The notes below the pieces were generated by a model, which worked only from the letters and a program-made list of their open reading frames with translations, was not told the origin of the DNA and did no database searches. This document shows, piece by piece, positions 31,758 through 41,147 of a stretch of DNA of 64,000 bases. The stretch covers positions 26,470 to 90,469 of the forward strand of contig JABCTC010000012.1 of NCBI GenBank assembly GCA_018238545.1, written 5' to 3'. The stretch's first letter is position 1. Every line of letters begins with the position of its first letter. The translations under genes were made by a program, and so were the position numbers. This stretch comes from Candidatus Heimdallarchaeota archaeon. GTDB taxonomy: Archaea > Asgardarchaeota > Heimdallarchaeia > Heimdallarchaeales > Heimdallarchaeaceae.

Positions 31758-32813
31758 ATGGATCAGAATTTCTCTTCTAATACCACCTCAAGGAAAGATG
31801 AACATCTTAAGATTTGTATCGAAAAAGATGTAAAATACGAAAGTGTTGCATCTGGGTTTGATAATTACACTATTAGACCAAATATTCTTACAGAAATTTC
31901 ACCTGACGATATAGATTTGTCTACTACACTCTTAGGAAAATCGATGGATGCTCCTTTACTAATTGCAGGAATGACTGGAGGTTCAGAGAAAGGGAAAGAA
32001 ATAAACAAAATTATTGCTAAGGTGTGTGATGAATTCAATATCGGTATGGGGGTAGGTTCTCAAAGAGCAGCTATAGAAAATCCTGCTTTGACTGATAGTT
32101 TTCTAGTCAGGGATAGTGCTGTAAACATTCCCTTGTTCGCAAATTTGGGAATTGCTCAATTCTCTTCTGGATATTCAGTTAAAGAAGCAGAAAAAGCTGT
32201 TGAAATGATAAATGCGGACGGATTAACTATTCATATAAATCCTTTACAAGAATTCATTCAACATGATGGGCATAAGAGGTTGATGAATATTCAACAAAAC
32301 CTCAAAGATGTGGTAAGTGGGTGTAAATATCCAATTATCGTAAAGAGCGTAGGAACTGGTTTTTCTAAAGAAGATATGAAGTATTTATCGTCTCTCAACA
32401 TAGCTGCAATAGATATCGCTGGTGCTGGAGGAACTAATTGGAAAAAAATTGAAATGTATAGAAACCCCTCTCTGTCAGATCTTTCCTCCTCTCTAATTAA
32501 TTGGGGGATACCTACAGCTGATTGTCTTGTAAATGCTGTTGACGTTTTCGCTGGTTCTTCAAAGAAAATTATAGCTTCTGGTGGAATATGGAACGGTATG
32601 GATGCAGTAAAGGCTCTAATGTTGGGAGCAGACTATGTTGCGTTTGCTTTGCCTGCTTTGTTGGCAATCAGCAAAGATTCAGAAGCAGGATTGAGAAAGT
32701 TTATTCACAATTATATTTTGGAAATGAAAATAGTTCTAACAATGCTGGGTGTAACAAAACTTGAGGAATTAAGAAAGAAAAAAAACTTGTTAATGAGAAA
32801 AATTCCTCATTAA
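31758..32813 (+). CDS. fni: Type 2 isopentenyl-diphosphate delta-isomerase
   Basis: RKDEHL, GMTGG, GVGSQRAA, ANLG, HINPLQE, AGAGGTNW, IASGGI. Confidence 0.93.
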   Translation: MDQNFSSNTTSRKDEHLKICIEKDVKYESVASGFDNYTIRPNILTEISPDDIDLSTTLLGKSMDAPLLIAGMTGGSEKGKEINKIIAKVCDEFNIGMGVGSQRAAIENPALTDSFLVRDSAVNIPLFANLGIAQFSSGYSVKEAEKAVEMINADGLTIHINPLQEFIQHDGHKRLMNIQQNLKDVVSGCKYPIIVKSVGTGFSKEDMKYLSSLNIAAIDIAGAGGTNWKKIEMYRNPSLSDLSSSLINWGIPTADCLVNAVDVFAGSSKKIIASGGIWNGMDAVKALMLGADYVAFALPALLAISKDSEAGLRKFIHNYILEMKIVLTMLGVTKLEELRKKKNLLMRKIPH

Positions 32814-32886
32814 TAATTCAGACTAACTATGATTCGTCATAGAGTATAAACTCTCAGCACTCATTTTTCATCCTTTAGTTATAATG
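32808..32886 (-). ncRNA. Box C/D 2'-O-methylation guide sRNA
   Basis: Minus strand: C AGGATGA (32874-32868), 10-nt guide, D' CTGA (32857-32854), internal hairpin, C' ATGACGA (32840-32834), 12-nt guide ATCATAGTTAGT, D CTGA (32821-32818). Lies mainly in the gap between convergent genes. Confidence 0.7.
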
Positions 32887-32932
32887 ATTATTCGTATAAT
32901 TATCTCTTTTGATAGACACTAAATAACTCACA

Positions 32933-33874
32933 CTAGAAAAATCCGGGATTAAGTATAAACGATGGAATGACAATTGCGACATTGATAACCACAACTATAG
33001 CGAAGACCTTCCAGTCCCATTTAAGTATTTTTGCTCCATCTAGTTGCCAGACTGGTAAACAATTGAATAGAGCAATTAGAGCGTTAAATTGTGCTACTTG
33101 TATGAAAATATTTGGCGTTGCAAATAACCCAATAAATGGTATTATCCCAAAACTCGCATCAGTTAATAAACCTATAACTAAACTAATAGCTCCAATAACT
33201 GCATTGATTGCAGGTCCTGCCAAAGCAACCATACCTAGATCTTTTTTGTCCATTTGCCTGCTCAAAGGTACAATGGCAACAAAACCTGGAACAATTAATC
33301 CAATACGAAAAATCAGGGTAAATAAAGTGTAAATTATCCCTCTCGTCCAGAGTATGTATCTTGCATACTGCCCTCTTCGCTGAGCGACAACCTTGTGAGC
33401 CATCTCATGTGGAAGAAAAGCTGTTGTTATCAAAATGGCTGAAATTAGAAAACCCCACCAATCATTAAAGAAAATCAGTCGAGAAAAACCAAAAACTAAT
33501 ACTATGAGAGTGAAACCTATGAGAATATCAACCAATTCACTACCAAAAGAGAGTAAACCTTTAGATTTTTTCAAACGTTGTTCAATGAGTTTCTTCCTAG
33601 TTTCCTCATCAGCATAAGCATATGGGTCTTGTTGTCGTTGTTGTTGCCCCATTGCTTGTTGAGCCATTTTCATGGCACTTTGGGCCATTTGTCGGACTAC
33701 TTCTTCATTCGATGGGGTGCTTGTAGCTGCATAAGGTTGTTGAGCTTGCACACGTACTGCAGGACAACGATGTGCTTCTGGATCTCTATGTTTCTGACAA
33801 AACGATCCTCTACAATAACGACAGTAGAACAGTAAGTCTTCTTGCGCTCCACAATTAGGATACTCACATCTCAT
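32933..33874 (-). CDS. AN1-type zinc finger fused to an M50 site-2 intramembrane metalloprotease
   Basis: CEYPNC...FYCRYCRGSFCQKHRDPEAHRC; Gln-rich linker; HEMAH, LAGPAIN, FNCLPVWQLDGAK. Confidence 0.88.
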   Translation of the reverse strand: MRCEYPNCGAQEDLLFYCRYCRGSFCQKHRDPEAHRCPAVRVQAQQPYAATSTPSNEEVVRQMAQSAMKMAQQAMGQQQRQQDPYAYADEETRKKLIEQRLKKSKGLLSFGSELVDILIGFTLIVLVFGFSRLIFFNDWWGFLISAILITTAFLPHEMAHKVVAQRRGQYARYILWTRGIIYTLFTLIFRIGLIVPGFVAIVPLSRQMDKKDLGMVALAGPAINAVIGAISLVIGLLTDASFGIIPFIGLFATPNIFIQVAQFNALIALFNCLPVWQLDGAKILKWDWKVFAIVVVINVAIVIPSFILNPGFF

Positions 33875-34033
33875 CTATTTCATTTTGCACAGAACACGGG
33901 CATTTTAGAAGCTATCTATTTAACAGAAAAATAGAAGCAGGAATCATTGGAAGTTGAGTTTGTAGAAGATTGTTTCCAGATACAAATATTTTTTAATACA
34001 AAGCTCAAAAATCCCATGAATTAACTCAACTAG

Positions 34034-35737
34034 TTGATGATTACTATGAAAACAGACATAGAAATTGCACAAGAAAAAGCTAAGGATATGAAAAATATCC
34101 GAGAAATTGCTGCAAAAATAGGTCTAGAGGAAGATGATCTTGAACAATTTGGTAAATATGTTGCAAAACTAAATTACCAAACAATGCTAAAGATACTCAA
34201 ATCAGACAAACCAAATGGTAAACTAATTGCTGTTACAGCTATGACAGCTTCAAGAGCTGGTGAAGGAAAAACAGTAACCACAATAGGACTCTCTCAAGCA
34301 TTTCAGAAAATAGGAAAGAGTGTAATGTTTGCATTAAGAGAACCTTCAATGGGTCCAACTTTCGGAATAAAAGGAGGAGCAACAGGAGGTCATCTTTCAC
34401 AAGTATTTCCAATGTGGGACATAAATCTGCACTTTACAGGAGATTTACATGCAATTACTTCAGCTCATAATTTACTAGCAGCTTTGCTTGACAATCACTT
34501 AACAAAAGGAAATAAGTGTAACATTGATCCAACCAAAGTAACTTGGCCAAGAACAATAGATATGAATGATAGAGCATTAAGAAATATCATTACTGGACTT
34601 GGTGGAAGAAGAATGGGTGGAGACGTCCGAAACACAGGTTTTGTTATTACAGCAGCTTCAGAAATTATGGCCATTTTAGCTCTATCAGCTGATGTGGGAG
34701 AACTGAAAGAAAGATTAGGAAGTATTCTATTAGGATACACTTATGATGATAAGCCAGTCTTCGCTAGGGATATTGAAGCAGTAGGAGCAATGACACTAAT
34801 ACTGAAAGATGCAATAAAACCAAACCTTGTACAAAACTTTGAAGGAGTACCAGGTTTTATTCACTGCGGTCCATTTGCTAATATTGCGCATGGAAACAGT
34901 TCTATTATCGGTACTAAACTAGCTCTGAAATTAGTTGATTATACTATCACTGAAGGTGGTTTCGCAGCTGACTTAGGTTTCGAAAAATTTGTTGATATTG
35001 TTGCTCGTCAATATGATACCTTGCCAAACGCAGTAGTTCTTGTTGTTACTGCTCGTGCTCTCAAACTCCACGGTGGTATCAAAGATTTAGATGAAGCAAA
35101 GAATATTCATATGGATGAATTAGCTAAAGGTTTCGAAAATGTTGAAAAACATCTTGATAACATGCTTAACGTCTTTAATATACCCCCTGTTGTTGCTATT
35201 AACCGCTTCCCATTTGATTCTGATGAAGAGATTAAATGGATTAAAGACAAGTGCTCTGAACTCGGTGTTACTGCTGCTGAAAGTGAAGTTTTCATGAAAG
35301 GTGGTGAAGGCGGTATTGCTTTAGCTGAAGCTGTTTTAGAAGCAATTGAAAAGGGTAAAGGCGATGTTAAATTCGCTTATGAATTCTCTGATCCTATTAA
35401 AGTTAAAATTGAGAAAATCGCCAAAAAAGTTTATGGAGCAGAAGATGTTGAATACACTCCTCGAGCATTACAGGAGATTGCAGCAATCGAGAAACTAGGT
35501 TTCGCTGATTTTCCAATGTGTATGGCTAAAACCCAACTCAGTCTTTCTGATAAAATTGGTTTGATGGGTGCTCCAAAAGGTTGGACTCTCAATGTAGATG
35601 AAGTTCGTCTTTACACTGGTGCTCGTTTTATCGTTCCTATTTGTGGTAGCATGTTCTTACTGCCTGGACTACCTCCAGTTCCAGCAGCTAATAGAATGGA
35701 TTACACAGAAGATGGTGAAATAATCGGATTAAATTAA
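34034..35737 (+). CDS. fhs: Formate--tetrahydrofolate ligase
   Basis: KTDIEIAQ, GEGKTVTTIGL, REPSMGPTFGIKGGATGG, INLHFTGD, GPFANIAHG, CMAKTQ. Confidence 0.96.
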   Translation: MMITMKTDIEIAQEKAKDMKNIREIAAKIGLEEDDLEQFGKYVAKLNYQTMLKILKSDKPNGKLIAVTAMTASRAGEGKTVTTIGLSQAFQKIGKSVMFALREPSMGPTFGIKGGATGGHLSQVFPMWDINLHFTGDLHAITSAHNLLAALLDNHLTKGNKCNIDPTKVTWPRTIDMNDRALRNIITGLGGRRMGGDVRNTGFVITAASEIMAILALSADVGELKERLGSILLGYTYDDKPVFARDIEAVGAMTLILKDAIKPNLVQNFEGVPGFIHCGPFANIAHGNSSIIGTKLALKLVDYTITEGGFAADLGFEKFVDIVARQYDTLPNAVVLVVTARALKLHGGIKDLDEAKNIHMDELAKGFENVEKHLDNMLNVFNIPPVVAINRFPFDSDEEIKWIKDKCSELGVTAAESEVFMKGGEGGIALAEAVLEAIEKGKGDVKFAYEFSDPIKVKIEKIAKKVYGAEDVEYTPRALQEIAAIEKLGFADFPMCMAKTQLSLSDKIGLMGAPKGWTLNVDEVRLYTGARFIVPICGSMFLLPGLPPVPAANRMDYTEDGEIIGLN

Positions 35738-35821
35738 TTCTCAATCTCTCTTTTTTTCTTTTTTATCTTATCTACTTGCATATTAAGTTAGGTTTTTTAA
35801 CGTAAAACACATAATAATAGT

Positions 35822-36577
35822 ATGCAAAAACGCACATTAGCCTTTTTTCTGTTTGTTTTTACGCTTTTTTCAGTTTCACTTTTCAATGTCGATTTTTCTT
35901 ATGCTGGGTGGGAAGTTGATCCTGTAGGTGATGTCCCCAAAGCTTATCTAGACATCACAAATATGACTATTTCGAAAAATTATTTGGAACTCACTTTAAA
36001 TGCTGATCCCTATTTTAATGATAGTGATGTTAATTGGCGTTTCTATAATATCTGGATTGACACCAGTATGGAAGATACCACTCCTGATACTTCCACTTGG
36101 AGTACTGACGTTTATGAGTATTTAGCTCACTTTGATTGCCGTTGGAATGGTGATCAATGGATAAACAACTCTTACATCAATGCCTTCCACTATTATCTAA
36201 CTTCTGATGGTAGTGCAGAGGTTACCGGAAGTTTCTTCTGGGATGGAAATAACTGGGTTGGATCTGATCCAAATATAGATGTAGCAGTTGTCTCAGGTAG
36301 TACCATTTCTTATGATACTGAAGGAGCTCTTTTTAGAGAACAGCCTTTGGGTACAGGTTATGTTATTCAAGGTGTTGCCAATACTTCCAATCTTACAACA
36401 GTTGACATAGCTCCCGATTATGGATGGCTAGATGAGTTCGATAATTTATGCGTACCACCAAATAACACAGAGCCCGAAACAACACCTACTCCCTTCTCAA
36501 TCTTTGGTTTATTGTTTGGCATAATCCTTCTGGGTATCATTGGTTCAAGCATAAGTAAAACTAGAAAAAGGAATTAA
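35822..36577 (+). CDS. Secreted/surface protein with C-terminal membrane anchor
   Basis: Signal peptide; beta-rich D/T/W-rich body; Thr/Pro linker, TM helix and basic tail (TPTPFSIFGLL...KTRKRN). Confidence 0.75.
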   Translation: MQKRTLAFFLFVFTLFSVSLFNVDFSYAGWEVDPVGDVPKAYLDITNMTISKNYLELTLNADPYFNDSDVNWRFYNIWIDTSMEDTTPDTSTWSTDVYEYLAHFDCRWNGDQWINNSYINAFHYYLTSDGSAEVTGSFFWDGNNWVGSDPNIDVAVVSGSTISYDTEGALFREQPLGTGYVIQGVANTSNLTTVDIAPDYGWLDEFDNLCVPPNNTEPETTPTPFSIFGLLFGIILLGIIGSSISKTRKRN

Positions 36578-36657
36578 TTTTTATTGTTTATCCTTCTTTT
36601 TTTTATTTTAATTCTGAAAAAATTGTTAGTGTTACAGCTTCAATTTTGTATAAGTAT

Positions 36658-37911
36658 CTAATCTCTCTGTTCTAATTCTTTTGCATAAATGATTTCGCAG
36701 ATTCTGTGTTTACTTTTTGTGAGATTGACATCTACTTTACTACTGTCTCTTATCCATTTTTCACATGAATTGCAAATAATCTCATCTGGATATCTCCAAT
36801 AATTACATACAACTAAAAATTTCACATTCTCATCTGTTTCATTAATGAAATGATCAGGAATGAATGGTGCTTTATTGAAGAGTTGAATTAACCTTATCAT
36901 TGGATCGAATTCAGGGTAAAACTCCTCACCAATATCAGCCTTTATCAGCTTCACTGTTTCTTCTCTCTCCTTCTCACCCATCTCCCTAATTGTCTGATCT
37001 TCTCTATAAGATATGATTTCTCTGCTTACACGACCAGGAGCTATTTGGAAAATACAATCCTTAACGTAACTATATTCAGCTGCACATCTCATCTCACTGC
37101 AAACAACCTGCTCATTTAATAACTGGCTGAATATTGCTTCTAACATTCCTTCCACGTAGGCACACGCTTTAGTCGCAATTACTCCTAATGATTCCGTCCA
37201 GATTGAGTTTTTCAGCGAAACAGTTGCGACTTTTTCGTCAGGATCAAAATGTAAAATACTAATCTCTCCCCATCTAGAAACGATAGGTGATGTGATTATT
37301 GTGTTGAGGTATGTGCGTAATGAATCATTTTGTTTAGGCTGATAACGCATAGAGATTTTTTTGCCAGCGTCATTTCCTATTTTGCCGAGAATCTGCGAAA
37401 TCGCGTCTTTTCGCCCCTCGAATTGACCATAGAACAACTCTTGGAAAATATTAATAGCATTGTCTTTGAGAGATGTTAAGCAATTTGACACCTCTGGAAA
37501 ATCATCTAAGATAGGATTAGCATAAGTTATAACAATAAACATCTCTGATAATACAATCAGTCTACTGAGTGTTTTATTCATCTCTTCTTCAAGTGAAGAA
37601 ATAGTCAGATATTCTGTAATCGTAGGATCAAATATAACAAAAGAAAGCATGAATTGTTCTACTCCACCTCTTGCCATAGGATTTGGTATAGAAAAGAACA
37701 TGCTTGAATAAACTACATTTGCCATTGCATTAACAAATGCTTTCATTTCTTCCAAAAAATTGAAATCCATAAGTCTGGTTAATGAAGCTGTTATTCTTGT
37801 ATCTTGTATTTCTGCAACGTTAAAGAGTAACCTAGGTCCTAGCCTCTGATCAAAGTGAAACAACATCACATTGATTCTATTTCGAAGATCCGATCTTTCA
37901 GCCATCAACAA
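36658..37911 (-). CDS. Longin/uDENN-like domain fused to V4R (Bet3/TRAPP-related) domain(s)
   Basis: N-terminal VMLFHFDQRLGPRLL...LMDF...FSIPNPMARGGVEQFMLSFV; V4R pattern GNDAGKK...WGEI...CAYVEGMLEAIF...EMRC...CIF. Confidence 0.7.
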   Translation of the reverse strand: MLMAERSDLRNRINVMLFHFDQRLGPRLLFNVAEIQDTRITASLTRLMDFNFLEEMKAFVNAMANVVYSSMFFSIPNPMARGGVEQFMLSFVIFDPTITEYLTISSLEEEMNKTLSRLIVLSEMFIVITYANPILDDFPEVSNCLTSLKDNAINIFQELFYGQFEGRKDAISQILGKIGNDAGKKISMRYQPKQNDSLRTYLNTIITSPIVSRWGEISILHFDPDEKVATVSLKNSIWTESLGVIATKACAYVEGMLEAIFSQLLNEQVVCSEMRCAAEYSYVKDCIFQIAPGRVSREIISYREDQTIREMGEKEREETVKLIKADIGEEFYPEFDPMIRLIQLFNKAPFIPDHFINETDENVKFLVVCNYWRYPDEIICNSCEKWIRDSSKVDVNLTKSKHRICEIIYAKELEQRD

Positions 37912-38962
37912 TCATCTTTTTTGCATAAAGATAAGCAATACAGTACGCAGAATTTATTTCAGCAGACCTTATTATATTAGTTGCTAGTATTAACTCACCA
38001 TATATCATCTTGTTTTTTAAGTATTGGTAGATTACATCTGACCCAGAACCGGTTACTATTACTCTGTTCAAATTATATTCTTCTAATTTTCTTTTAATGT
38101 TTGAATTAATTTCTTCAAGCATATGAGATTTAAGCTGTACTGCTATTTCGACTAAATCTTCTTCTTCCAAACATGAGTCTACTATACACAACATGTTTTG
38201 CATCCTATTTATAGCATCTTCCTTGAATTTTGCTTTTTTATCAGGAGTATCAATGATATAGTTTGCCTGAGGCAAATCATCTGTTATAAGAAAAACATCT
38301 GCAGTTACTGCATGAGGTTCAAAAGGTAGATTGAATGTCTCGCCTTTGTACTCAAATTTTGGTTTAATGAATGCTACGTTTGTTTCAAGAAGTCCGTAAT
38401 ATAATAATTCATTGTGTTTCATTCTTTCATGATCCGACGATGAATTTGATAGGATTTTGCCTTCTTTTATCGGTATAAAGCTGGTTGTACGTGTGGAAAA
38501 GTCAACAACTAAAGCATCTTTTTTCACTAGCTCCCAAACACCTTCTCCTAGGGCTTTCCATCCTGCCGCTACTATTTTCTCGGGAATTTTAGTTGCTTCT
38601 TCAATTGGTAGAAATTCCCCGTCTATAGTATAGCACAGAATACTCCTGCTTTGGATGAATTTTGTAACAGATTGGATAACAAAATCAACTGTTTCTTTTG
38701 CAGAGGAGTAGAAAGAACTTGAAGTAGTAATAATGAACTTTCGAATATGATAATCGGCATAGGAACGCAATAATGTTTTAAGAATACCTTCTAACTCTTC
38801 CTTTCTTGTTCTTAAAGGAAGGTATATTTTCTGAAAACTCAATGGTTCTTCTGGATTAGCTGGGTTTATAATGATGATTTTATGTGTTGTTAGACCAAAA
38901 TCAAGAACCGCAATATTATTTTTTGTTTCCATAAAAGTTGATGATTGATTAGTTGCCATCAA
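37898..38962 (-). CDS. MfnF/hydantoinase-A-like ASKHA-fold protein, degenerate motifs
   Basis: DFGLTTHK, YLPL, AAGWKA, VDFSTRTTSFIPI, SDHERM...ELLYYGLLET, TPD, VIVTGSG. Confidence 0.75.
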   Translation of the reverse strand: MMATNQSSTFMETKNNIAVLDFGLTTHKIIIINPANPEEPLSFQKIYLPLRTRKEELEGILKTLLRSYADYHIRKFIITTSSSFYSSAKETVDFVIQSVTKFIQSRSILCYTIDGEFLPIEEATKIPEKIVAAGWKALGEGVWELVKKDALVVDFSTRTTSFIPIKEGKILSNSSSDHERMKHNELLYYGLLETNVAFIKPKFEYKGETFNLPFEPHAVTADVFLITDDLPQANYIIDTPDKKAKFKEDAINRMQNMLCIVDSCLEEEDLVEIAVQLKSHMLEEINSNIKRKLEEYNLNRVIVTGSGSDVIYQYLKNKMIYGELILATNIIRSAEINSAYCIAYLYAKKMIVDG

Positions 38963-39007
38963 TTAATAATCTCGAAGAAATCATTAATAAAAGTAGGGAT
39001 ACTCCCC

Positions 39008-39682
39008 CTACTTTCGTCGAATTTCTACACCTTCAGGTTCTCCATCATCCTCTAGCTCCTTGATTTTTTTTGATGATGCAACTTTCTTTTTGAGTTCCTC
39101 AAGTTTTGGATACTCTTCCCCAAGATTAGTAACTAACTTAGCCCTAGGATAGATTTTTTTAATGTATACACATATCTCAACTAAGTCTTCATTAGTGAAA
39201 TATTCACCAAATATGTGTTCTTTACCATCTTTCAGATTAAGTATTAACATAGCTTTGTTCTTGTATTTTCGCATATCTAAAGAGAATTTTCGAGGGATTT
39301 TAGATACACCAAATTTCCTTATGCTGCGTATATCAGCTTCGCTTTTTTTGGTTCTAATTCCTGTAAAAAAGAGCGGTGTTGAACGATATTTAATTGAGTC
39401 ACCGCTGATTGAAATGAAATCATACAAGTAAATTGATTCTCTTACTACTCGATTCCCAAAAATTAACAAAGGTAACACAGTAGCTAAGATTAATGAAAAC
39501 CAAGCCGTTAAATCTCCCTCAACGGGAGGTTGAATAAACACAAAAACAACGAAACTTGTAATCATAATAAGACTAAAGACAAGGTTAAGAGTGAAATCTT
39601 TCCATCCAAATCTCGTTGATTTTTTTGTTAGAATCGTTTCATCCTTTTTTTTATCTGTAGATTTTTTCACTTCTTGAGCCAT
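39008..39682 (-). CDS. Two-TM membrane protein with a PH-like cytoplasmic domain
   Basis: Two TM helices followed by a beta-rich region ending in a helix (bacterial-PH-like pattern). Confidence 0.55.
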   Translation of the reverse strand: MAQEVKKSTDKKKDETILTKKSTRFGWKDFTLNLVFSLIMITSFVVFVFIQPPVEGDLTAWFSLILATVLPLLIFGNRVVRESIYLYDFISISGDSIKYRSTPLFFTGIRTKKSEADIRSIRKFGVSKIPRKFSLDMRKYKNKAMLILNLKDGKEHIFGEYFTNEDLVEICVYIKKIYPRAKLVTNLGEEYPKLEELKKKVASSKKIKELEDDGEPEGVEIRRK

Positions 39683-39685
39683 TAT

Positions 39686-40684
39686 TTAAGACCTCTTTCT
39701 TGATTTGTGCATGGTTTTTGAGATAATCTCTATAGACTCGTTTGTTGCCGTAATTGGAATTACACAGCCTGGTGAGATTATAACTCTATTATCGTACTTC
39801 TTAGATGTCTCTATGGCTTCCAGTATATTATTCTTTATTTCTTCTTCAGTTCCATCTACCAAACTTTGGGTTTCATCAATACCAGCTAAGAGACCTCTCG
39901 AAAAAATATCTGCTGCTTCAGGGATTGACGGCCATGTTAGTTGATCGTGCCAGTTAAGACCATCTGCGTCAATATTTTCTACCACTTTATTGAAATTGAT
40001 ATTTTGTCCGTGAATATGTATAATATTGAAATCTGATTTCTTTCTAGTTTCTTGTATCAATTTTTTGATAAAGAAAACCTCGAAGCTATCCACTTCTTCC
40101 CACGTTAAATCAGTTTCTCGAAAATGTTGTGATGCGATGAATAATCCATTTGCACCTGCATCAATTGATGATTGAGCAAATTCTAACAAATCTTTGTATA
40201 TTATAAAAATTGCTTCCTTTAATTTTGTTTTATCCTCTCGCATATGTGTAACGAGATTCTTATCCATTTTAGAAGCAACCATCAAAGGAGAAAAAATGGT
40301 CATCATTTTAGGCAACCCTTCTAGTTTTTTACCTAATATTTTGACAGTTTTGACTTGGTCACCAAATTCCCCGTCATTTACATTAACTTGTTCTAAAGCA
40401 CCCCAATCCCCAATGCTGTTTATTGTGCATTCTTCACAACTAGTGCTGCCCGTAACTGGGTCATATTCTTTTGCTACCTTACATCCATAATCCACAACAG
40501 GATATCTACCATGAGGAGAGATTTTCATTAAATCGAATTGATGATGTTCATAGAATTTAATGTGAGCTTCAGCTAATCTCTCATAGTGCCTGTCATCATG
40601 TGGAAAATGTTTCCACAAACTAAACAAAGGATAATCTGCATTCTTCCCTTTGAATGTATTAAGTAACAATTCCAATTTATCCAT
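39686..40684 (-). CDS. Uroporphyrinogen decarboxylase/MtaA-like superfamily protein
   Basis: WKHFP, TIFSPL, AGANGLF, HIHG, LNW, AGID, ISPGCVI. Confidence 0.8.
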   Translation of the reverse strand: MDKLELLLNTFKGKNADYPLFSLWKHFPHDDRHYERLAEAHIKFYEHHQFDLMKISPHGRYPVVDYGCKVAKEYDPVTGSTSCEECTINSIGDWGALEQVNVNDGEFGDQVKTVKILGKKLEGLPKMMTIFSPLMVASKMDKNLVTHMREDKTKLKEAIFIIYKDLLEFAQSSIDAGANGLFIASQHFRETDLTWEEVDSFEVFFIKKLIQETRKKSDFNIIHIHGQNINFNKVVENIDADGLNWHDQLTWPSIPEAADIFSRGLLAGIDETQSLVDGTEEEIKNNILEAIETSKKYDNRVIISPGCVIPITATNESIEIISKTMHKSRKRS

Positions 40685-40783
40685 ATGGTGTTTTAGGATT
40701 GGAAATTATCAAGATTGTGGTTAGTGAAAAACCTTTCAATAGAATAACTTAAAAATCCGCGTAAAAACCAAAGTTCGAGAACG

Positions 40784-41083
40784 ATGTCATTACGTGAGAG
40801 GAAAGTTGTTAGAAAGAAGAAAAAATTTGGTTTAGTGTTCGAATTTGTCCCTGTCATCCGTGATTTTACACCAGATGAAGAAACAAAGAAAAAGATTGAT
40901 GGAGAACTATCCAGGGCAAAAGGAGTAACACCAGCTTACCTTGCAGATAAGTACAATATTAGAGTTAGCGCTGCAAAAAAAATCTTGAGAGAAGCTGAAG
41001 CAAAAAACATTGTTAAATGCATCAGTAAATCAAGAAGAACAACCGTTTATTCTGCTGCTATGGATAAACCATCAGCTGAGTAA
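40784..41083 (+). CDS. rps25e: 30S ribosomal protein eS25
   Basis: Basic N-terminus plus wHTH VTPAYLADKYNIRVSAAKKILREAEAKNIVKCISKSRRTTVY. Confidence 0.88.
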   Translation: MSLRERKVVRKKKKFGLVFEFVPVIRDFTPDEETKKKIDGELSRAKGVTPAYLADKYNIRVSAAKKILREAEAKNIVKCISKSRRTTVYSAAMDKPSAE

Positions 41084-41147
41084 TTTTGAATTCTCCATTT
41101 TTCAGAAAATAGTTATTTAAACAAGTATGTCATTTTCACTTCATATT

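Noticed and set aside
32858-32867. D' guide as a tRNA-Met C34 methylation guide (ACU[C]AU)
   Set aside because: The +5 position fits, but only 6 bp pair and the match fails at the conserved purine 37.
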